From Octopus sinensis (Eukaryota), in assembly GCF_006345805.1 (NCBI RefSeq), contig NC_043005.1, positions 92,132,001 to 92,196,000 on the forward strand: DNA of 64,000 bases, in the 5' to 3' direction. The notes under the pieces were generated by a model. The model worked only from the letters and a program-made list of their open reading frames with translations. It had not been told where the DNA came from and did not search any database. This document shows positions 1 through 9,645 of the stretch, one piece after another. The translations under genes and the position numbers were made by a program. Each line of letters opens with the position of its first letter. The stretch's first letter is position 1.

Positions 1-572
1 ACGAGTAGTTATATATTTCTTTAAAATCTTCTTAGATACAGAGTGTGTTTTTTCATTTATTTATGTTCATGTTTCTTCTGTTTTTCTAATAACAATGTCT
101 TTTCTTACACGTACAAACACGCATGTGTGTATGTTTGTAAATATGTATGCATGTGAGTACATGTATGATAAACAGACAATAATCTGATTGCTCTGCGTTG
201 GCAAGAATTGAAAAAAATATGGAAAAAAGTGAAAGGGGTACAGTGAACTTGCTGTGAGGAATGGAATATCCAATGTTTCAGATTCAATTCTTCATCAGAA
301 GGCAGAGAAAAAAAAGAAGGAAAGGGGAAAAATGTCAAACGGAATTCACATCCTCTCAGCTTGAAAAACTGGCTGCAACAGAGTATATGTATGTGTGAGT
401 TATTCCAGGCAGGTATCTTGTGAGTGAAAATTTTAAAAAGTAATGGTGCAGGAGTCTATTGTACATATATACAAGTGTGTGTATGTATGTATAATTTTAA
501 TCCAAACGGGAAAACAGAAAAAACAACACGTGGAACAATTACAGTATTATTATTAATAGGCGCTCAGGAAAG

Positions 573-597
573 ATGATATATATAATATATATATATA

Positions 598-639
<42 letters not shown>

Positions 640-806
640 AGAATAAATGTTTTATATATAAAGAACGTGAAATACAGGAAGGGACAAACACGGAACACAG
701 ACAAATCATTCGAAGCCTTCAATCTTCAGTCAGACACCGAATCATCATAGCAAATTTCGGCTGTTCAATTGTGTGTGTGTGTGTGTGAGTGTGTGTGTGT
801 GTGTGA

Positions 807-886
<80 letters not shown>

Positions 887-960
887 ATGTATATATATAT
901 ATGTGTGTGTATGTGTGTATACATATATATATATTATGTATTATCAAGACAGTTTAATTA
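573..960. repeat. Compound (TA)n/(TG)n microsatellite tracts
   Basis: Directly visible dinucleotide tracts; the overlapping YI/CV/HT-rich ORFs in the track are artefacts of them. Confidence 0.95.
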
Positions 961-1167
961 TATATTAACTAAATTTGACTGAAACTGATGGGTGAGCGTT
1001 TGGCCAATCAGATTTGCAAGGAGCCATGAAAGAGTCAATTTGTGAGTTCAATTCAGCCTGAGATTAGCTCATCATTTTTCAGTCATTTGTTTATATTTAA
1101 AAATTGTTGCTTCAAATCAGACAATAAGTATCATTATGATATATATTATATATAGAGTTATTATATG

Positions 1168-1205
<38 letters not shown>

Positions 1206-1207
<2 letters not shown>

Positions 1208-4010
1208 TAAGGTAATCGAGGTAGTCAGAGTAAGTGACAGAATAATTAAAATTAGATTAGTCCTTCACCATAGGACAGCTACCATCATCTCGGCATATGC
1301 CCCTCAACCAGGGCTACCGGAAGGACAAAAAGACCAATTCTATGACACCCTATTGCGGACTACCTCATTGACAAATGACAGTGACCTTCTCTTCGTGGCA
1401 GGTGATTTCAATGGACATGTTGGACGACATGTCGGGGGCTTCCATGGCGTCCATGGAGGCTACGGTTTTGGCTCTCGTAATGAGGAGGGAACCAGGCTGC
1501 TGGAGTTCTGCGATGCAAATGACCTTATGGTCTGCAATACCAACTTCAGGAATCCCACCTCTCACCTAGTCACCTACCGTTCTGGCAGACACACCAGCCA
1601 GATTGACTACATCCTTGCCAGAAAAAGGGAAAGAGGGCTGATTATAAATGCCAAAACCTTTCCAGGCGAAGAATGTACTCCCCAACATAGATTAGTGGTT
1701 AGCGACTTCAGGATCAGAGCTAAATGGTTGCCCAGAAGAAGACCAGCTTGGAGGAGAAGGGTCTGGAAGCTTAAACATCCTGCAAATGGACAGAGATTTA
1801 GAGACATACTACTCGAGGCCTTTGACGAAATAGAAGGGGATATAGCTTCACTAAATGTGGAAGACAACTGGAGATTCCTACGGGACAATCTGCTGACAGC
1901 CACTGACCAGATCTGTGGATGGAGCAAAGTACCATCTCGACCCAGAGTAACATGGTGGTGGAACACTGTGGTTGACAAGGCTATTAGACAAAAGAGACAG
2001 GCTTAGAAGGACTGGAAGAATGGTGGTAGCAGGGAATTGTATCAGACAGCCAGAAGGGAAGCTAGGAGACAGGTTTATCTAGCCAGAGGGGAAGCGGATA
2101 AGAAAAAATTTGCCAATATTCTGAGCCGTGAGGATGAAAGACTTGAGGTATTTCGTGTTGCAAGACAGTGTGGGAGAGAGAATCGTGATGTGGTAGGAGA
2201 GAAGTGTGTTCGCATGGATGATGGTTCACTTGCGCTAAATGAGGATGCAAAGAGAGAGGTTTGGAGATGCCACTATGAAAGGTTGCTGAATAAAGAAAAT
2301 GAATGGGATAAAGAGAGTCTGCCGAATGTTGACCCAACAGAGGGACCAGCTATCCGAGTTGATAGTTCCGTGGTAGCTAAGGCAATTAGAAGCATGAAGA
2401 CAGGGAAAGCCCCAGGCCCATCAGGAATTACTGCAGAGATGCTCAAAATATCTGGCAGTGTCGGCTATAGCCTGGTCACCCGTATAGTCAACCAGGTGAT
2501 ACACGAAGGAGTCATACCCAATGACTGGTGTAGCAGCACACTAGTCAACTGCTACAAAGGTAAAGGTGATGCCCTAGATACAAATAATTACAGAGGTATC
2601 AAGCTGTTGGATCAAGTAATGAAGGTTACGGAGAGGGTCATAGCCCAACTAATTAGAGAGAGAGTTAGTTTAGATGAGATGCAGTTTGGGTTCGTGCCAG
2701 GGAAAAGTACCACTGATGCTATATTCCTGGTAAGGCAGCTGCAGGAGAAATACCTAGCCAAAGATAAGCCCCTGTACCTGGCTTTTGTTGACATGGAGAA
2801 AGCTTTTGATAGGGTCCCCCGATCCCTTATCTGGTGGTCAATGAGGAAACTGGGGATAGATGAATGGCTGGTGAGGACTGTGCAAGCTATGTACAGAGAT
2901 GCTGTAAGTAAGGTTAGGGTTGGCAACATGTACACAGAAGAATTCAAAGTAGAGGTTGGGGTCCACCAGGGTTCAGTACTCAGCCCCCTCCTATTTATCA
3001 TAGTCCTCCAGGCAATTACGGAGGAATTCAAGACAGGTTGTCCCTGGGAGCTCCTCTACGCTGACGACCTTGCTCTTATTGCTGAGTCACTATCAGAGCT
3101 GGAGAAGTTCCAGGTGTGGAAGGAGGGTTTAGAATCGAGGGGCCTTAGAGTCAACCTAGCTAAAACCAAAGTACTAATAAGTAGGAAGGTAGACAATCCA
3201 CAAATGTCTTCAGGAAGATGGCCCTGCTCGATCTGTAGAAAAGGTGTAGGTAGAAACTCTATAAGATGTACCCAGTGTAAGCTATGGACACATAAGAGGT
3301 GCAGCAATGTCAAAGGTAGGCTAACTGGGAAGATAGTTTTTGTATGTGGCAAATGCTCTGGAGCATTAACCTCCGAAAATCTGCAGAAAATAACTTCCGT
3401 CACTTTCCAGGGGGAAAAACTAGAAGTAGTTGATAGCTTCCGTTATCTAGGTGACCAAGTCAGTAGTGGGGGTGGGTGCGCTGAAAGTGTAACTGCTAGA
3501 ATAAGAATAGCCTGGGCAAAGTTTAGGGAGCTCTTACCTCTGCTGGTGACTAAAGGCCTCTCGCTCAGAGTAAAAGGCAGACTGTATGATGCGTGTGTAC
3601 GAACAGCCATGCTACATGGCAGTGAAACATGGGCCGTGACTGCCGAGGACATGCGTAAGCTCGTGAGGAATGAAGCCAGTATGCTCCGATGGATGTGTAA
3701 TGTCAGTGTACATACTCGACAGAGCGTTAGCACCTTGAGAGAAATGTTGTACCTAAGAGGCATCAGTTGTGGTGTGCAAGAGAGACGATTGCGCTGGTAT
3801 GGTCATGTGGCGAGAATGGATGAAGATAGGTGTGTGAGAAAGTGCCAATCCTTAGCAGTTGAGGGAACCCGTGGAAGAGGTAGACCCAGGAAAACCTGGG
3901 ACGAGGTGGTGAAGCACGACCTTCGAACTTTAGGCCTCACTGAGGAAATGACCAGCGACCGAGACCTTTGGAAATATTCTGTACATGAGAAGACCAGGCA
4001 GGACAAGTGA
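1206..4010 (+). pseudogene. RTE EN-RT ORF with a single in-frame nonsense codon (TAG at 2004-2006, likely TGG->TAG) and no 5' start
   Basis: ORFs 1353..2006 and 2037..4010 share one frame (QA*KDWKNGGSRELYQ); the frame is open upstream to ~1206 (GKVIEVVRVSDRIIKIRLV). Confidence 0.9.
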
Positions 4011-4872
4011 GCCCAGCCCACTTATGAATGCCTTTCCGCCCTTGGACACAAAGACCTGTTGAGGCAAGCGAAGTCGATATAGAACCTCATCCGACGACAG
4101 GCACCCATGCCAACCCCCTTTGCTTGCGAAGACATGTTGGGGCAAGCGAAATCGAATTGAACCAGCCAGGATCCCTGGTCTGGTGGTACATAAAAAGCAC
4201 TATCCGACTCGTGGCCGATGCCAGCGCCGCCTCCACTGGCTTCCGTGCCGGTGGCACGTAAAATACACCAATCTGACCGTACGACAGGCACCCATGCCAA
4301 CCCCCTTGCTTGCGAAGACATGTTGGGGCAAGCGAAATCGAATTGAACCAGCCAGGATCCCTGGTCTGGTGGTACGTAAAAAGCACTATCCGATTCGTGG
4401 CCGATGCCTCCACTGGCTTCCGTGCCGGTGGCACGTAAAATACACCAATCTGACCGTACGACAGGCACCCATGCCAACCCCCTTGCTTGCGAAGACATGT
4501 TGGGGCAAGCAAAATCGAAATCGAATTGAACCAGCCAGGATCCCTGGTCTGGTGGTACGTAAAAAGCACTATCCGACTCGTGGCCGATGCCAGCACCCCC
4601 TCGTTTGGCTTCCGTGCAGGTGGCACATAAAATACACCAATCCGACCGTGGCCGTTGCCAGCCTCGCCTGGCACCTGTGCAGGTGGCACGTAAAAAGCAC
4701 CCACTACACTCACGGAGTGGTTGGCGTTAGGAAGGGCATCCAGCTGTAGAAACACTGCCAGATCAGACTGGAGCCTGGTGCAGCCTTCTGGCTTTCCAGA
4801 TCCCCGGTCGAACCGTCCAACCCATGCTAGCATGGAAAGCGGACGTTAAACGATGATGATGATGATGATGAT
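1206..4872 (+). mobile_element. RTE-clade non-LTR retrotransposon, 5'-truncated, near-intact copy
   Basis: APE endonuclease motifs (ISAYAPQ, GDFNGHVG, SQIDYIL), RT motifs (NYRGIKLL, QFGFVPGKSTTDA, VDMEKAFD, GVHQGSVLSP, LYADD), C-terminal RGRGRPRKTW, tandemly repeated 3' UTR, (GAT)n tail at ~4852-4872; 5' end abuts a (TA)n tract. Confidence 0.95.
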
Positions 4873-5040
4873 ATATTAGAAGAAATGAGGTACTCAAAAA
4901 TTCGGATGGTTTTATATTTACAGATATTTATTTGTATATTTCATGTTTTTATACATCATATAACTTAGATCATGTATTAGCGCTTTCTCCCATTCTAGTG
5001 GGGTTTTCAAATCAAACTAAGTTCCTGTGAAAAAGTTTTG
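4873..5040 (-). mobile_element. Penelope-like repeat remnant (same family as 37083-37240)
   Basis: High identity with 37083-37240 (atattagaagaaatgaggtactca...ttagcgcttt); both carry a degenerate hammerhead-like core on the minus strand. The Penelope assignment is inferred from that motif. Confidence 0.45.
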
Positions 5041-5118
5041 ACCATTTTATAGTGTTATTAAGTGTGTAGTGGTGGGGAGGGACATAAGACAGTACAAGAG
5101 GGTGATGAATGAGGAGAA

Positions 5119-5153
<35 letters not shown>

Positions 5154-6046
5154 ATGTGTGTGTGTTTTTGTATTTGGAAAGAGTGTTAAAGAAAAAAGGG
5201 AGAAGAAAAAATTGTTTTGCTGGTTAGTTGGTCAGGATGTTTACTCCAAGGGGGGGTTTAAGATCTTGGGGAAAAGAATTTAAGTTTTGACCATTTTATA
5301 GTGTTATTGAGTGTGTAGTGGTGGGGAGGGACATAAGACAGTACAAGAGGGTGATGAATGGGGAAGGAAGTGAGAGAGCATGTGTGTGTGTGTGTGTTGT
5401 ATCTAGAGGGAGTGTTAGAAAAGAAGAAGAAAAGGAAGGAAGGGGAGGGAAGGTAGACCATAAATTATATTTCCTTGTTATCATTGTCTTGTGAGAGAGA
5501 GTGTGTGTGTGTGTTTAAGGAGGAATGGTCAAATGGTTTTTGGTTTTTAGAAAAGAAGATTTGTCTTGAATTCTTTTTATTAGAAAGGGAATAGGTAGAA
5601 AAATGTTGGAAGAATAAATAGGTAAAATACATTAAGTAGAAAGGAGAGGGGGAAAAAGAAGGAAGGGAAAGGGAAGCAGAAAAAAGGGAAGAGGAAAAAA
5701 GGATGCAACTGTATGTAGACACATACGTTACATACAGGCACATACATACACTTGCATTAACATTGTTACATACACATACATAACACATGCATAGAAAGTC
5801 CTGCACACACTCACATGTAGCGGTAAGGGCACACATCCTTGAACTCAGGCATTCTAGCACGCAGTTTGATGTTGCCCGTTGAAAGGATCAGGATATGAAG
5901 ACATGATAAATGAATAACCAAGCAAAGACACGGGACAGTCAAATAAAACTGGACAAAGGGGCAGGAAAAAGAAGTAAATAAATAAATAAATAAAAAGATA
6001 AATAAAAAGAAGCTAAAATAAAAGATCGATCGTGTGATGGAATGGA

Positions 6047-6146
6047 NNNNNNNNNNNNNNNNNNNNNNNNNNNNNNNNNNNNNNNNNNNNNNNNNNNNNN
6101 NNNNNNNNNNNNNNNNNNNNNNNNNNNNNNNNNNNNNNNNNNNNNN
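6047..6146. other. Assembly gap (100 N)
   Basis: Run of 100 Ns. Confidence 1.
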
Positions 6147-7310
6147 CGGCAGAAAGAAGACAGGATTGAGATGAAATGCTTTGCGGTGGTGTGAATAAGT
6201 TTTTGTGAGTGAAAGTTTTTATGCTTCAGCTAGCATTTGAGACGAAAGACAACGATAACGCTATTAGATGGGGATACAATAATAATAAGGCTTGCAAAAA
6301 CAATGAAAAGAGGAAACAGGTCGGGAACTTAGCTGATGTTTTTTCATCCTGCGGTAGCGAGTGAAGGTGAGATATATACCGAGAGAGCTCTATGGAAATA
6401 TATACACACACGTTATACATACATGTGTGCATAGATGAATATATAAATACATTTATATATCTATATACACTTTTGGGCGATCTCTGTGCTACTTAGAGAT
6501 AACTTTAGATCTTATTTTCGTCCTAAAAAACTTTGTGCGGAGTGAATGGTTACGTGTATGGAAATATATACACACACATTATACATACATCTGTGTATAG
6601 ATGAATATATAAATACATTTAAATATCTATATACACTTTTGGGCGATCTTTCTGCTACTTGGATATAGGGGCGATTTTTCGCTTGTCGTAGCACACGTTT
6701 CCGTCGATTTCCGTAAAAAATGTAAACACTGAATCGGCCATACATACATACATACACACACATATACATACACACACACACACATACATGCATACATACA
6801 TATACACATACACCGAGTAAAAAAAATTCAGTTATCTCTCTCTTTCACACATTACTCTCTCTGTCTCTTCACACACACTAACAGAAGCACTTCACTTACA
6901 CAACATACTGTCTGTCTCCCACACTCCATCAAACACACACACACACACATGTACATCAATGCGTCCCATGCACGGTAACTTCAAAAGAACTTCCCTCGTC
7001 ATACAATCGCTTTCTCTTAGTCTCTTTCGCTCTCATTACTTATGTAAAAAAATAAATGTATGTATATATATATGTATGTATGTATATATATATGTATGTA
7101 TGTATATATATATGTATGTATGTATATATATATATGTATGTATGTACGGTTCTCAATGTCAGATCTTTATTCTTGTTCTGACACAATACCTTCAACTTTG
7201 TTCTTCTATTTATATCATTTCTTTTGTTCTGACTTTTTTTTCCGTTTGTCTTTCTTACGTGTCCCTCTCTCTCTCTCTCTCTCTCTCAGTTTTAAGATGC
7301 ATCCATTAAT

Positions 7311-7976
7311 TTTATAAAATGTAATATTTTGAATTAGCCGTAAATGGTCCCTTTACATACTGAATACTTGGTGAAATTGATTAATAATTAATTAATTTTA
7401 CCCTCAATTGTTGAAATTATAATTCATTTCTCTCTGTTTAATGCTTCGGTTTTCACCGATAAAACATGGTGTTTGCTAGTTTAGCCCACGTTGGTGGAAG
7501 GGGGAGGGCAGAAATTCTTCGCTTGCATATTTTGAATTTGTTGGCACTGTTAGTTTGAACGGATCTTCGGAGGTGAAAAGTCGCCAAAAGGATATGCTCC
7601 TACTTTCAGTGTTTACAAATCCGAATTAAGAAATTTTGAGCTGACGAAAGAAATGTCGAATTGTATTTGGCTGATCAGAAACGTACGTTCTCAAATAATC
7701 TGCACTTGTGATTTTTTAATGTTTTTACCCCCATACCTTCGTGGGTTATTTTGAGTAAACACTATCTGAGAGAAATTTTCTTTAAGTATTAGAAATGGCT
7801 AAAAAATTTTTTTGGCTGCTATTTCTAATGAGTTCAGTATGTGGCAAAGTAATTTATTTTACTAAGCCCTTTATAAAATGTAATATTTTGAATTAGCCTT
7901 AAATGGTCCCTTTACATACTGAATACTTGGTGAAATTGATTAATAATTAATTAATTTTACCCTCAATTGTTGAAAT
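7311..7976 (+). repeat. 107-bp direct repeat (7311-7417 and 7870-7976)
   Basis: tttataaaatgtaatattttgaattagcc...ctcaattgttgaaat occurs twice, one mismatch seen (gccgtaa/gccttaa). Confidence 0.9.
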
Positions 7977-8015
7977 GTATATATATATATGTATATGTAT
8001 TATTATATATATATG

Positions 8016-8070
<55 letters not shown>

Positions 8071-8318
8071 GTATATATACATATATATAATATATATATA
8101 TATGTATATATACATATATAATATATATATATATGTATATATATATACATATATATATATATGTATAATATATATATATAATATACATATATATAGATAT
8201 ATATGTATATATATATATTGTATTATATATACATAGTATTATAATATGTGTATATTATATATATATATATATATATCATATATATATATATATGTAGATA
8301 TATATATATATATATTTA

Positions 8319-8349
<31 letters not shown>

Positions 8350-8453
8350 ATATATTTAGATATATATATGTATATATATATAGTATATATATGTACTATA
8401 TATATATATATATGATATATATCATATACATATATATATGTATAATATATATG

Positions 8454-8500
<47 letters not shown>

Positions 8501-8501
8501 G

Positions 8502-8550
<49 letters not shown>

Positions 8551-8716
8551 CATGTATATATATATGTATATATATATACATGTATATATATGTGTATATA
8601 TATATATATATGATATATATATATGTTATATATATATACATGTATATATATTATTATATCTATATATATGAATATATTATATGTATATAATATATATATA
8701 CATGTATATATATATG

Positions 8717-8772
<56 letters not shown>

Positions 8773-8807
8773 TATGTATATATAATATATACATATATAT
8801 ATTATAT

Positions 8808-8841
<34 letters not shown>

Positions 8842-8846
8842 TATAT

Positions 8847-8914
<68 letters not shown>

Positions 8915-8939
8915 GATATATATATATATATATGTATAT

Positions 8940-8992
<53 letters not shown>

Positions 8993-9140
8993 TATATATA
9001 TAATGTATATATATATATATATATATATATTATATTATATATATATTATATATATATACATATATATATATATCTATATAGATATATATATATGTGTGTG
9101 TCTGTGTATATATTATATATGTGTATATATATATACGTTT
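7977..9140. repeat. Long degenerate (TA)n array
   Basis: ~1.1 kb of interrupted TA repeats. Confidence 0.97.
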
Positions 9141-9186
9141 ATATATTTGTTGTGCAAGATTTTTATGTGAAGTCGTGTTGAAACAA

Positions 9187-9473
9187 ATATTATTATATTT
9201 CGGAATGGTCATTTTGCCAGTTTAGCCAATAAAAACACACTCACTATATATTTGGTGTTATTTTGCTTCAGTATTATTTATTTTTTACATTAATCTTAAT
9301 CTTATTTCAGCCAGAGTTCTTTCGTCACACTCCTGTGACAGCATCAGTGGTCCTTTGCTTTCTTCTTTAAAGTAAAAAATAAATAACACTGAAGCAAAGT
9401 AACACCAAATATATAGTGCATGTGTTTTTATTGGCTAAACTGGTAAAATGTCCATTCCGAAATATAATAATAT
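9187..9473. repeat. Fold-back element: 102-bp inverted arms (9187-9288 / 9372-9473) with an 83-nt spacer
   Basis: Arms are reverse-complementary with about 6 mismatches by manual comparison. Confidence 0.9.
9311..9350 (-). ncRNA. Minimal type I hammerhead-like motif (A9 variant)
   Basis: Minus strand: CCA-CUGAUGC-U-GUCACA-GGAG-UGUGAC-GAAA-G-AA-C-UC-UGG; 6-bp helix II, 3-bp helix I, CUC triplet. Confidence 0.5.
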
Positions 9474-9645
9474 ATATATGTATATACATATATATACATA
9501 TATATACCGGAGTAAACACATAAATGTGAAACAAGGTGGAAAAAAGAGTTCTCAAATACCAGGGGTAGAGTAATATGCTTTATTTAAAAGCAGCAGAAAT
9601 TCAACAAAACCTGTTACTCGGAGTTTATATATATATATATATGCA

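Noticed and set aside
7947-9212. Many YI-rich ORFs (also 13590-15157, 35840-36514, 42659-43166)
   Set aside because: Microsatellite artefacts.
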